From Klebsormidium nitens (Eukaryota > Plantae > Klebsormidiophyceae): a stretch of DNA of 64,000 nt. Positions 1-13,206 of the stretch are shown here, in pieces. Position numbers and translations under genes: made by a program. The stretch spans positions 71,764-135,763 of the forward strand of contig DF237185.1 of NCBI GenBank assembly GCA_000708835.1, given 5' to 3'. How positions within the stretch are numbered: position 1 is the first letter of the stretch; each line of letters opens with the position of its first letter. The notes beneath the pieces were generated by a model, which was not told where the DNA came from, ran no database searches, and worked only from the letters and a program-made list of their open reading frames with translations.

Positions 1-1
1 C

Positions 2-133
2 CTGTGTGTCCTGCTGACTAGTACTCTTAACCCCTTTGGAGATGATCAGGCTACCGAGCAGCGCTACGGCTTATACTGTGGCGGCTGCAATGACGGTGAG
101 GATTGCAGTGAAGGCGAAGTCACGTGTTTCTAA
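2..133 (+). CDS. possible 3' end of an upstream Cys-rich protein (partial)
   Basis: The frame is open from base 2 to TAA at 131-133 (LCVLLTSTLNPFGDDQATEQRYGLYCGGCNDGEDCSEGEVTCF*). No start is present in the window and no family is recognised. Confidence 0.2.
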   Translation: MCVLLTSTLNPFGDDQATEQRYGLYCGGCNDGEDCSEGEVTCF

Positions 134-1418
134 TTAAGTCAAATCGTGTTGCGGCTGATTGTTTTCTGCCAAGCCAGGTTGAACAAACGGAACTTACCTG
201 GCAGCGCGCGGCTATAGGCGACATAATGCAACAACTGGCTCACACTTGGTGGCGCGCGTGGCATGTGACCGTCATATGCTTCCATGACATGAGTAAACTG
301 GAATATCAGTACAGGGGAATCGGCGTATGATTGCAACAGCTGCCGCGCGGCCGGAACGTTTGGAAGCATGATAGTCGGAAGGTCTTATGTAAGTCTGACC
401 TGAAGAGACAATTGAACGCGAATGATGACACAATAACACAGATCCGATCTATATAAGCCTAGCTTGCTCAGCCTGGCCTTCCTTCCGAGTTCATTCCACC
501 TCCATTCCGACTGATACGGATTCGATCTGGCTTAACGAGTACTTGGCTAGTCAACGATCCACTGAGGCTTGAGCCTCCTGCTAAGCTTGATTGAAAAGTC
601 TGCCGTCGCGTGCAAACATGTGCATGTGATGTAAAGCATGCGCCTGTCCGGCCGCCGCTGCGATTCGAGGCTGAGGCGGACGGAACGCTACTCATGGTTG
701 CTCTTTTCTGAATCACATGCAGTGGCACTGAGAGTTACGGGCGCTCGCGCTTGCAGTGCAGGGCCACCGTACGTTCGCAAGCATGTGCAAATGCATGCTT
801 GCCTTTGATGAATCCCTGCATGGATCTGCGACCCGGGCCGGGCAGGCCCGGGCAGAAGAATTGCAACTTGAAACCGTATACTAAGTCTAGCTACCATTGT
901 CGCAATCGCAATCATTTCATCTCCATGATCATATACTGCCTATATTAAGTTGCATCTGGCAAGTAACCATCCAATTTCATGACGTTTTATGCATGGGGGA
1001 TCGACGAGCGGAGCTCGAGGCGAACTTACGTATCAGATCGCGTCATACTGAGAGCGCCTGCCGCCAACCAACATGTTTTGCGTCATGGGCCCATATCAAC
1101 TGGAGCGGCGGCTCAGTCCCGCCCGGCGCCCGGCCCGGGGCGTATTTTCAACTTATTTTCATGTGGCTTCCCAAACCGCGACCAAACTAAGTTGCCAGGC
1201 CAGTGCTGACGGCAGCCTCAGTGTGTGATCGTATTGGGTACATGCTCTCTGGTGTTGATCACCAACTCCATTGTCCGAATGAATACAAAAGTTGACACTT
1301 TGAAGCCAAGCGACATCAATTGAATCGAATTGACCTTACGAATCCAGATTTACGGCAGGGACAGAGCTCGGCCGAAATGGGACTCGTGTTATAGTTGGAC
1401 GTTTACACAACGGGGGTG

Positions 1419-4400
1419 TTATAGGTGGCCCCTAAAGCGCTGGAACAGGGAGATGATCGAGTCTTCGCCATACGGCTGCGGCCGCACGTACCGCATCGGC
1501 GTCCGCCCGCTCCGATCCCTTGCGTTCACGTTCGCCTTCCACCTCAGCAACTCCTTACAACGCACATACTCGTGCCGCTCCGCCGCGATATGCAACGGGG
1601 TCTTCCCCTGCTTATCTACGCTATTCGGCCGCGCCCCTAGCCCCAGTAAATACTCGACGTTTCGAAACGCGGGGTCGTTTGGGTCTTGGACCTCGAGCGC
1701 GTCGTGCAGCGGCGTGCGGCCCTCAAGGTCCTTAGCGTCTAGATTGGCGCCCTTGCTTTTCAGATACACGATGACGTCACTCGGCCCGATCACGGAGTAG
1801 TGGATTGGCAACTTGCCGTTTAGCGGGTTCCGCTGCTGCACGCCCACCCCGGTCTGCAGCAACGCCTCGATAACCGCCATCTTGGTTACGTAACCCTCTT
1901 TTCCGATCAGCGCGCTGACGATCGGAAACCGCCCAAACTCGTCGGCAATATCCGCCCTCGCCCCGTTTTCGATCAACCGGATAACCATTGTCGGGTCTCC
2001 AATCTCGCATGCCACGTGGAGGGCCGTCGTGTAGTACCCCAAAATTCGGTCATCTAACTGGTTAACGTCCGCCCCTTTCTGCTCAACCAGCCACCAAAGC
2101 CGGCTGAAATCCCGCTGCATGATCGCCTGGTGTAAATCCGCCACGTCGACCGGGTTATCGTCCTGCCTCGGTAACCTAACCCGCACGAACTCCCGCCCAC
2201 CAATCAGATCGCTTGCTTCTTCCACCACCCCCTCCTCGAGGTCTGGGTTAGCGGGGTAACCGGGTTCGGTTAGGGCGTCGTCTTCTCGTTTCGTCGAATT
2301 CGGTCGCGGTCCTCCGAGGAGCCAAGAATCGCGGTCTACTTCGACGGTGGGAAAACGGCTGCGGTTCCTTGTCCGCCTGCAAGGAGGAGAGAAATCCAGC
2401 ATTAGTTAAACGATCGCACTTTCTTTTTAAACAGTCGCACCTTCACCCAGGCATGTCAAACGATATAGTGTCGTTAAGTCTGCCAAACGGAAACCTCAGG
2501 TAGACCGCGAAGCTCGCTCATGAAAGTTGAGTCTGACGAAGAATCCTGACGGAGAAGGGGGTCTGAATCTTGCCTCTTGTCAGCCTGCAGATGGAAGCAC
2601 TCAAAAGATAATTAAGAGTATTAATCCATTACTGATGCAGTTCGTCGTTCTTGCGGAACAATTATGTGGAGCAAAGGGAGAGCGAGCGCACGTTTTACTT
2701 CAATCTCTTTGTAAGATTCGAACGAACAAAGTTCAGTCAGCTCAAGGATTTCAGGGAATCTGCTCCGGCTGCAAAATGAAATCGCAGTCTGTTTCGAAGT
2801 AGATTCCCCGGCTTCCCCTCTGAAGGACAGGTTAAAAATGGTCTTGTCGAGAGCGTCAAGTCCTTTTTCTCTCCATAAACATGCATTTACAACCGTGCGT
2901 GACTGCCAACATATTGGGGGAGCGCGCAGCCGACATCAAAGTCTGCTGCTCGACTTCTTCCCGCAACGAGGAGGAAACTCAATTACTGAAAAAGTCTACT
3001 CCGTCGAATCACAGGTCTGCTGCGTGTCGTGAGCAGTGCTTAACGGTGCCAGTACGTCGATGTACTCCGTTTGGATGATTAGTCATCGGAGGAGACAGAA
3101 GAGTGGGTGTTTCGGTGTCAGCGCAGAAGTTCCTAATGATCTGCAAAAGTTCCTAATGTCATCTGCAAAAGTTCCTGATGTCCTTCATTCGGCGACCGTA
3201 AACTGTCTTGATGATTCTTTTCGCATCTCTGGGTAAGAGTAGTCGCGCTCTGTTCAAAAGCTGCAAGTCTTGGGTTCGACAGAACAGGAAAGTTAGGCAG
3301 TTGTCAGCAACAGGGCGCGGTGGTGACTGAAGCAAGGAAACGAGGAGAGTTTGTCGCCATTCCCTAAGATCCAAATCAAAGGAGATGGGACGCACGCAAA
3401 GTGGAGAACGGTTCAACAAAAGCGAGAAAGTAAGGAAGGAGTGAGAATCGCAGGCAGATGATTGCGTTTCTTTGACAAACCAGCGGAGAAAACATGAGGC
3501 CAGCGGAAAAGAAGACGTTCCAACGGGAGCTCACGACAAAACCAAGAAAACAAGAAGGCTAAGACCGTCCGTCCTTTCTGCGGCTAATCCAACAACCCAA
3601 CCCGTTCCCCTTCTCTTCTTTTCTTTTGCTTCTCACCTCTTGAAAGCATCTTCCGACGGCCCAAAAGGGCTTTCCTCCTCCACTTCTTTCGCCAGACCTT
3701 GCCAGCTGTCACTCTCCCATTGGCCGCTGCCTGGCCCGCTTGGCCGACTCTCGCCCTTTCGCGACCCGTAACCTTCGAACTGACCCTCGTCGTTCTCGTC
3801 AACCCTCCGCCTAAACCCACTCTCTACCCCCCTTGGTTGCCTGGGACTGGGAATCCTCTCATCTCTGTACCCGTCCAGAAACCCAGACGCTGACCCACTC
3901 CTTGACCCATGGCTTAACCCGCTTTCCGACGGTTCGAACTGGCGCCTCCTGTCCAAGCCAGTTCCTCTGTACCCGTCGCTCACCTCAGATTCCAAGTTTC
4001 CCCCGAACTCAGGGCTAAACCCACTTTCTGAGGGACCGGAACGAAGCCTCTCTCTAGGCCGTTCGTTCCCACGTTCTTGCCGTAACCTAGACGCCGCTTC
4101 CCTTTCAATGCCAAAGCTCGACCCCCTTTCAGCCCGACCCAATTGACGCCGCGCTTGAGGCCTTTCTCCCTCATGACCTGCACCAGGATCAGACTGTGAC
4201 CCGCTCCCTAACCGGGGACTTAACCCGCTTCCTGATCCCCTAGTCCCAGAAAATGGCCCCTTTTCCAACCTGCGCCCCGCCGCACCAAACCCGTCTCCAT
4301 TAACCCGCCCCTGACTTAGTGACCTCCTCTCTAGGTTACCCTCAGACCCGCTTCCTAACCCGCTCCCTAACCCCCTTCCTAACCCGCTGCTCTCGCCCCA

Positions 4401-5846
4401 TGGCGAAGACTCCTCCCCCCGCTTCCGCCCCGCCACACCGCTGTTACTCAGCCACTGCGCGATTTGCCGCTCTCGGATCTCCGGATCCACTTCCGCGTGT
4501 TCAAACCCATCCTTGAAGAAGTGCAAACCCTGCCTTACCGGGGGGCCGTCTGCCCAGGGATCGCCACCCCCCCAGGGCGAACCTCTTTCAATGCCACCTC
4601 CCTGGGACGGCACGTCTCTCTCGAGAGCGCCGCGCTCGCTTGACAGAATGGCTGCCAGACGCGACTTTTGGATCTTTTGGGGGGGAGGCGGCGGGGGCTC
4701 TTTAGGGGGGAGGGCAACTTCTTGCTCCCACTTCCGCCGGCTCTCTTCCTGCTCCGCGGCTGCTGATGTCAGCGCTTCTGTCACAGCAGCCAATGAGATT
4801 TGGGGCTTTACTTCCGGTTCGAGGAGTTTCGGGGGCTCCGGAAGAAGCTCCTCCCACTTCCGCCGAACAGGGTTTGGGGCTGGGGTAGGAATCTGGTTTC
4901 GGGTTAGGTTTGGAACTGCAACTGGCGCTCCATTGAGGACCTGATTAACAACCGGGTTAGGGGCTGGGTTTGACACTGCAAATGGGGTTGCGGTACTTGA
5001 CGCCTCGATCGAACTTGGCGCGTCAGCACCGCCCTCTTCCGATGACTCATTCTGCAAGCTGTGTGCACTGTTCCGAAGTTTCCGTTCACTCGCATCTAAC
5101 CTGGGTGCACCGCCTGCATGCTTTCCCCCCACCGTCACAAGTTCGAAACCAATGGGGTTTCCATTGGGGGCCCGGGTAGGCTCTCGAGCAGACCCCCCAG
5201 AAATGGACGCTTTCGTAACAGCAGAGTTGACGTGTGACCGAGAGTTTGCGCCATTGACCGTCTTCTGCTTTCCGTTTGGAGAAGCTTTGGACTCCCGAGT
5301 TTGTGCGCTACTTGGGCGGGCAGCTTCGGTAGGCTGACTTTCAACCCCTTCGGCCCTCACAGAACCCCTCAGACTTGGGCTTCTACTGGGAATTCGGGGA
5401 CTGTTATCCGGCATTTCGGAAGCACCTGTTTGGGAAATACCTGCTCCCGCCTCCCAAGGTCCTTCCTCCCACTTTGAGCGGACGTAACCCTTCACTCCTG
5501 CCGCAGTCTGCGCATCACCATCCCTCCGGCGCGCGGCAGAAAACTTTCCCTTGCTAACCCAGCTGCTTAACCCGCCGGGTATCCGCCTAACCGGCCCCTG
5601 CCCTGGAACTGCGCCTATGCTGCCAAACCTCTTTGCTACTCCTGCCATTCCTGCTTGTCCTCTCCAATCTGACGCTTGGGTGCACGGAAAAGTTCTACTA
5701 GGGCTGTAAGTGCAAGGTTTGAAAGCGGGCAAGAGGGGCGTGGTGGGAGTGTAGAGAAGGTTAGCGGTGAACCGAGGTGAAGCCCAGGTTTGGAGGCTGA
5801 GGGTTTGACCCACAGCCGCAGGCGAGCAGCAATGAGTGCCCTCCAT
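1419..5846 (-). CDS. ankyrin-repeat protein with a long G/S/P/R-rich N-terminal region and a possible plastid transit peptide; exons 5846-3637 and 2376-1419
   Basis: The 737-aa ORF ends ...AAG AG|gtgaga (phase-2 donor at 3636). The 327-aa ORF contains a strong acceptor, tttctctcctccttgcag|G CGG, with matching phase at 2376. Ankyrin motifs are TTALHVAC, GKLPIHYS, GRTPLHDA, GKTPLHIAA and GRTPMRY. Confidence 0.78.
3123..3184. repeat. intronic degenerate tandem repeat, 3 x ~21 bp (gcaaaagttcctaatg..)
   Basis: Units read directly at 3123, 3143 and 3165. Confidence 0.7.
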
Positions 5847-7641
5847 GTTTATAGCCGTGCGTGTTAAGCAAACGTACTAGCAGCAGCCCGCCTCATAGTT
5901 TTTGGACGCGTCTGTCGGGAACTGCTCAAGCCCATGTATACAGACCAGGCTGGCCCGACCTCTGATCAAAGGTGGTCATTGGCTGCAAGGTAAGAAAAGA
6001 AAGGCGATCGTAACGCATTTGCTATCAGGAGAGGAAATCAAAGCTGAGTTTCTCAACCAGATTCGATGGCATTCGGTCAGTTCCGCAAATCGCAAAAGGC
6101 TGCTTGTTCATGAAAGATATCTTATCGCATATTGATAACATGTTTTCTCAAAATATCGGATAGAACAAGCACAGCAGCAGCAAGAGGATTCGAAAAGCTT
6201 GGGCGCCACAAGCAAAATCACTGCGCAAGGCATCTTTCCAAAGGATGTGGTGATGAACACTTAAAGACAGCTCTCCCTGTGGGCAAATGCCACCAAGAAC
6301 CCGGAAATGACCCAATAATGCCACCGCTTGGCAAGTGATTTGGTTCAAGCGCCTTCAAGCAGATCAATGCGCCCATTGAGTAAAGTGCCAAACGTTAAGG
6401 AGAAATCCCACAGCTTAGCGTAGCACCACCATTTTCAGCAGAGTGACAGAGCTTAAATTTATGGAGAAAGGACTTACCTTCTATCAGTTGTGCCGGCCAG
6501 ATGCAAAGCAAGCCAATTCATCGCCTTCACGAGCTTCAAAAAGGCACCATGTGAGAGCAGCTCATACATAAGACTCCAATGCTTCCTATCATTTCTGGGG
6601 CGCTTCAGACGAGCAGACACACGAAAGATGCGCCCTTTGAAGGCCTTTCCCGCTCCTACGAGTCCTAGAGATCAGGAGATTTTTGCTGCCCGGGCAGAGA
6701 TGTCTGTGACGGACTGCTACATAAGATTTGGGCCGTCCATATCGACGGTCGTCAGCATGTTGCAAGCAACCGCGCGCGCGTCACTTAAATCGTAGACGTG
6801 CAAGAGCATTACATTCAGTCCTGCAATCTTGCGGCGTTCGGATGTCAATTTCATCGCGGCTTCCATCGGAGGATATTTCACAGATTTGGAGTTCTGCTGA
6901 TGTGACTTTCCTAGCTTCTGCCGCTTAGAACAGCGCCGGCCCGCATGCCTACAGAGCGGCACGTGGCGTCGCATAATTAGTCGACGGCCTGTACGTCCGA
7001 GTCAGGCTTGTTTGGCGGCCTAATTGCATGTACCTATATAACTTCTCAGCCTTGAAACTCTTGCACTTACGAATCTTGCGTCCCAAAAGAGAGGTCGATG
7101 GCCCGGTCAGAATGTGGAGAAGTGACGGCATTACATCTCATTCCTGGGGACCATGAGACTTTTAGGCCAATGCGGTCCAACAATATCCTTGTCACCCTTG
7201 CGTGACTTTGAACATAAGAGAAAAGTAGAGGCTTTCAATGATAGCGTTTTCGTATGGGAGATGGAGCCAGTGGCTCTGCCGTGAGTCGGCCCATCAAGAA
7301 AGATCATGTTATAAGTGGCGAAAGCAGGGAGAAAGCAGGGACGCCCAAATCTGGCGAGAGAGCCGAGGAGAGAGACAGAGAAAAGGAAAGCGACAATAAA
7401 CAAAGTGACTGGTTGATTTCAGGGGCACCTCAAGTAGCAGGCTTTGCTCTCATGCTTGCTCCTGTATTTGAAAATGCAAAAAGCCGCTTATGCATGCACT
7501 CGGTAAAGAGTGTATTTGCGGGAAAGACCGCCCCGCTGGGCGTCTTGTAAACCGGCGCGCTGCTCTTGAAAGGGAAGAAACTAGATCATAGAAAGCCATA
7601 CGGTGATAAGAACAGCAACCAGGACCGGGCACTTTTGCGAG

Positions 7642-10600
7642 ATGGCGCTCTTAGAGGCCGGCCGCCGGCGGAGGCGCTCGACACGGGCACTCCTGGGATA
7701 CTTGGAAGTGCATGGTGGGGCGTCGTTCTCTCCATGTCAAGTTTTTGATTCCGTCGGTTCTCCGCTCTTGTTGCCATTTGGTGGCGCTTCTTCATCTCCT
7801 GTCCTTGTTCTCAATCTTCAATTTTGATGAAGTTTTCCCAATCAGCAGATAGACACACACTTTCTCCTGACGGCGACAATGAAACAGATGGAATGCGCCC
7901 CTTGACTCGTCGCTAATAGCTGATGCACTAGGTCGCTTCGTCAACCTCGTGTCCCTCTACTTAGGAGCTAAAAGCGAGATCGAAAACAGAAGAATGGTTC
8001 TCCATATTCGACGGGTTGGCAGATAGTTGCATACTGTCGTATCCATACCGAGTGACGCCCACGTTCAAGCCAGAGGAAAGCGGTACTGTTGATTGGTATC
8101 GAGGGACTAGAAGGAACAAAGACGGCTGGAGATACATGTCATTCCATGTTGCCAATCCTTTCGATCTTATTGGTCGAGCAGGCAACTACGCAGAAACAAG
8201 CTGGCAGACATACTTCCAAAAGCTGCCCGCTGATTGTCATCAAAGATACGTATACGGCGCCATCTACATTCTGCCTGGATCGTAAGTAAGCTCTTCGGAG
8301 ATCATTTCCAGTTCCGGCTCTATGTCGTGTTTATCTCCAAAATTTTGAACGGAAACTTGCTCTACTCCACAGTTTTCGAGGCCTCCCCTCGTGGGTTGAA
8401 GAAGAGCATGGGCGTGCAGCGAATATCGTCTGCTTGGAAGACGCTCATTCCAGGCATGTCCGAAGTCATCTGTCGAGGTGAGGGTGTGATCTGCTTCCGA
8501 CAACCGGAAGTGTTTACGCAGTCTTCCGTTACAGTTTGTCGAACTTCCTTTCAGCGAAGATTGATCCAGTCCGACCTCCTTCGAGCTTCGTTTGACCCAG
8601 GTACCAGCAGACCTTTCATTCTAAGCGACCCTGCAAGTACCCTTGGATAATCCATAAATTGCCTCGGAAAGGGGTCTCGTAACCTTTACTCAAAGTCGCG
8701 ACTTCGACCAGTTTGTAGAACAGTCGACAAAGACATGCTCGACGAATCCACAGCATTCATAACGCTTTTCTCTATCATTGTCGGCTCACTGCAGAACACA
8801 ATGGGCACTTAGGAACTTCTTGGGCTCTTAGAACTCCTCGGTATCAAGCCGAACCAAAGGTCATTTCCTGCGGGGTGATCGAAGCTTCGGTTGTAGTGAC
8901 TAGCTGAGAGCTCATGCCAAGGGTCAGATTTCAAATCACATACGGACTCGTCCGCTCCAACACGGTGTGCCAGACCGCAGACTCCTCCTGATAAGCTGCG
9001 TGTAGCCTGATTATGCATTGCAAGATAGAAAACACATACGGACTGGAAACTTCATCGGCGTTCCGGGAAAGCAATCTGAAGAAGGCGTCTGATGAACAAT
9101 GTCACGACGCAGTTGAGATCAGCGGCGTGGCGGCCCAGCGCGCGGAAACCGCGCCCGCGAAAGTCGGGAAAGCCGCCATAACGTGGGACGAGAAAGTGTC
9201 GCTCCCGGTTTACGAGGGCGCCAAGGAGCTCCGACTGCTCCTCTTGTCCCCGGGGGTAAGCGGGGCGACCCCGAGAACGGTCGCAAACGGCGGGTTCTAT
9301 GTGGAGGACATCATGGCGTCGCCCTCAAACTGCAAGTGGTTCGAGCTGTTCGCGCCGGGGGGCAACGCAGGTGGGTTTTGACGCAACCAGCTTTTTCCAA
9401 GTCTTTTGGTGGATATCTCTCTTCCTCCTTTTTGCTTTTTCTTTAGTACAAATTGATTTTCTCGCGCAATGCATTATCTCCAGTTCCGAAGCTCCATGTT
9501 TGTCTCTCCCTTGGGGTTCGACTTCAGTAGTTTTATTTCCTCAACACGTTTCTCCTCGATCCTCCTTTACCGCTTTCTCATGGTCCCAATTTTTTCCTAC
9601 ACCGAAGATCAGCAGACAGTATCTGCTTGCACACGTGAAATTCTTCTTTGCCATTTTTGGGTACGTCAGCTAGGGTTCTCGAGAGGTTTTGCGAACAGGG
9701 CGTCGGCTGCCATCCGGGACCCGTGAATTTAAACAAAATTTTGTTAGTGCTTCGGGCGAAACTACTCTTGTTGAGGATTTCAGCAGCCTCCGTCTGCAGA
9801 ATCCAGACGATTCAGCCGTGAGCTTCCACCGCGTCCACAAGATGGTTCCGGCAATCGAAAAGTTCAGCCCCTACTAGTTTGGCGAGAACGCTGAGAATGA
9901 ATTTCAACGGACTGGCGCCATTTATTCGCGTCTTCAGACACAAAGATAACACCTCGTTTACAACAGCCGACAGACTGACGCTCTTTTTGCACTCCGCTCT
10001 TCCTCAGCTTTCATTCATGCTGCAAAGCACCGGTCGGACGCCCACCCTACGACAAGGAGACCCGCTTCGTTTCGAGTATAAACACAATACTCTGGCACGG
10101 GCTTGAATGGTTCCTTTAGGGCGCCGACTTGTAAGGAGAACGATGATCGTATTTTACGTATTTAACCCAGATTGTTATATGATTGTTATATGATCGTATT
10201 TAACGTATTCAACCCATATTTAACCCATATTGGGTCGTATTTAACGTGTTTAAACCATATTCCCACATCTTCTTTTCCAGGAGGAACTATCAAGCTCAGC
10301 ATCCTATACACTGCGGCGACCACTACCGAGAGGCAGCGCCGGCAGTCGGTGAATGCAGAAACGCAGATTGAGGCGCAGGCGTCACACGAGCTGACGTCAG
10401 AAAGGATGCAAAGCAAGAGCTTCAACGACTCGTCGTCAGGTAAGCAGAGCGAGGGGTTTCGAACTGCTTTGGTGTGCTAGCTGTGAGATCAACCGTTTTT
10501 ACTAGACTTGCTATCAAGTAAAAGTTTCCCGGAGTTGCAAGAATGGAACGGAAAAGGGCAGATTGAGATTGAGATAGCATGGATACAAGTGCGTTCGCTT

Positions 10601-13206
10601 TGAGTCACCCACAAGGCGAGTCCGTAGTATCCCAGAATCTCTTCCCAGTTTTTGCATCTGCTTTTCTTATTCCGCAAGTGGCCCTCTCATCTTTACAAAT
10701 CAACCTTTTGCATCCACTCGAGAATGCACCGGGAACAGGCTTCAGCTGCTTGTCACAAGTAAGGCCTTGACCTTGAGGGGGCAATACATCAGATCAACCA
10801 CCCACTGGAATACGTCATTTGAACGAGGCGCCCTCGGAGTCATCTCTCAGCTGCCCTCCTGCCGTCTGTCAATTCAGACGTTTTGTCCCCATAGATTCCT
10901 CGAGTGTCAACGAATAGTGCCTTCGTTTTCCCCCCATCGCAGACGCCGCCATCAACACTGACCCCATCGCTGCGGCCCCCGCCGCCGCGGCCGCGCCCGC
11001 GCGCCGCTCGCTCAGCGTGACCGTCGGCGTCGGCCCGAGCCCCGTCCCCAGCCAGAAGAACAGCCCCGCGGCCGCGGCCGCGCTGGCGACCCAAAGGCGC
11101 GTGTCGCGTCAGAGTAGGACGCCCAAAACCCCCGGTACGTACCAAGAGCACTTGTTGCAGATATGGGTACCAAGGATTGACAGATTTCCCTTCACAGAAG
11201 GGACGGGCACGTTTCTCTTGGTTGATAAAACCCATACAACAAAGGCACTACGGCAATGAAGCATCGGAACATCATGCTCGTCCGTTTCCGAGATGGGCTT
11301 TTGGTTCTGTTCTAAGCGAGCCCACCAGTTGCGCACACGCATCTGGATGGTGATTGAGCTGCGCCTCGACTAAGTTTAGTGAGGCGGGGCCCCATCAGAA
11401 AGTCGGAGAGCTAAACTTCCCTCCCATCCTTCTCAGGGAACAAGGCGTAAAAGACTTTCGAATCCACTCAAATCGGACGCATTGAACCCGTCCGTCATAG
11501 ATGGGCCGCACTCCTCAATATTCAGGTTTCCAGATGATCGAACCGGCCAAACAATCGCCCCAACGGTGTGCCGGACGATGTTGGAGGAGGACGAGGGCAA
11601 GCACTTAACAAGCGGCAGAGATTACAGACTTCCGGAAGTGATCGGTTTGCTGAATGCCAGCCCTGTGAATCTTTCGTGTTGATAATTGATGCAGAGCCGC
11701 AGCCGGAGACAGCCCCGATCGCCATCGACGCGCGGCCGCCTCCCACGGACCGCGAACCCACGGGAGAAAGTCCGCCCGCGCAAGCCGAAGGATCGCCCAT
11801 CGAGTTTCCTCAGATTCCGGACGAAACGCCCATCGAGACTGTGGCGGGATCGGCAGGTGAGCGATGCATGACGGGCCCCTTTCTTCAAAGAAGCCGCTAG
11901 GTGTCCCTCATGTAAGAACGGACGAAAGCTTTGAGCGTTTTGAACTGTATCTGAGATTTTAGAAGGCCGAATCCGTTCGGCAATCTCCAAGTCAGCGCCC
12001 TTGTCAGGACCCGGTTCATCCCGGAGAATGCCTCTTGAGACCTCTGTGTACACGAAAACTTTGAAGCTGATGCGACGCGTGAACCGACTGGGCGTCCGGA
12101 ACAGGGTTTCTTGGGAGACCCCTCGGATGTGGGCCGCGTCATGCAATTCGAGCGCTATGGGGATCGAGCTGATCAGCAACTCGTTGAACGACTGTAAGAT
12201 TGAATGGCGGTATGGAGTCCCTTCGACTGGCTGAGTGTCGACGTTCGAACCTGTCCTGATTTCTTCCGACCGTGTGAGGAGATGCTAACCGAAGACATCG
12301 AACTGAGAAACTTGAAACAATGCGTAGTTGGCCGTAGACTCCTTCTCTAAACTGGGCACATAATGTCTTTGCAGAGAACTTTAGGGTTCCGGTGGCAGAC
12401 GCTCCGACGGGCATTCCGGCGGACGTCCCGACGGACATTCCGGCGGACGTTCCGGCGGACAGGCAGACGTCCGAAGCATTGCCTTCCAAGAGCATCGCGG
12501 TCCAGCCCGCAGCCGATCTTGCGCTAGAGTCTTTAGAAGAATCGACACCCGCTTTGACAAACGGCCACGAGCATGAGCTGAGCGTTATCGACGTCGAAAC
12601 TGCTCCAGAGGAGACCGCTCTTTTGGCAGAAATGCGTGAGGAAACCATTTTTCTGGCAGAGACAAGTAAGTGAATCTCAAAGCCCCCGATGAACTTGAGC
12701 TGCGTTCCTTTTCTCGCTCGACGCTGAGCATACAGCTTGAAGTAGAGCGGTTGTATTGAAGGAGGGATGCCATTTGAGCCGGGAACGCCCGGGCCTAAGA
12801 GACCTTCCCTTTTCGCCCCGTTTTCATTTTCGAAGCAGATTTGACGGGAAGAAGCATAGCTTCGTTGCTGCCATGTGACTCTCGTTCTTGTGATGAATCG
12901 TAACAGCTTACAACGAGATCAAGTGGGCTCCACATGAAGGCCGCAGGCTTTTCGTTGTTTAAAGGCTACTTGACACAAGTCTTTCTGTCAGCAGGTGACA
13001 CCGAGCTGGTGTCAAGCTGCCCAGCAAAGAAGCCACGGGGGATCCCCTCGGTTGTGCTCTTCGGAGTCACCGCCGTTGCTGCCGTTATTGGCGCGGTTGT
13101 GCTTGGATCAAAACGGGGGGGCAATGACAAGAAGAGCGGCAGGCCTCAAGCGCCCCCCCAGAGCAGAGCGGACATCATTCATTATGCGAGCGGCCCACGA
13201 GCTTAG
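7642..13206 (+). CDS. C2-type domain protein with an acidic/Pro-rich linker and a C-terminal transmembrane anchor; exons 7642-7714 (tentative), 9113-9370, 10281-10439, 10943-11134, 11695-11856, 12375/12399-12665, 12995-13206
   Basis: All GT-AG junctions are phase 1 and join in frame. C2-like beta-strand pattern: LLGYLEVH / ITWDEKVSLPV..ELRLLLL / KWFELF..GGTIKLSILY. Hydrophobic tail IPSVVLFGVTAVAAVIGAVVLG is followed by basic SKRGG. The first exon is uncertain. Confidence 0.62.
10146..10260. repeat. AT-rich intronic degenerate triple repeat (~43-46 bp period, gatcgtatttaacgtatttaacccatatt)
   Basis: Three units are visible near 10146, 10192 and 10232, just upstream of the 10281 acceptor. Confidence 0.65.

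Noticed and set aside
831-1139. GC-rich imperfect inverted repeat pair (831-852 / ~1119-1139) as MITE ends
   Set aside because: Low-complexity match, no extension and no target-site duplication seen.
4430-4500. S4/pseudouridine-synthase-like motif (RQIAQWLSNSGVAGRKRGEE) in the ankyrin protein
   Set aside because: Short similarity inside a low-complexity region, with no downstream S4 or synthase motifs.
11622-12648. Minus-strand ORFs of 185 and 169 aa
   Set aside because: They overlap antisense to exons and introns of the C2 gene and show no domain signal.
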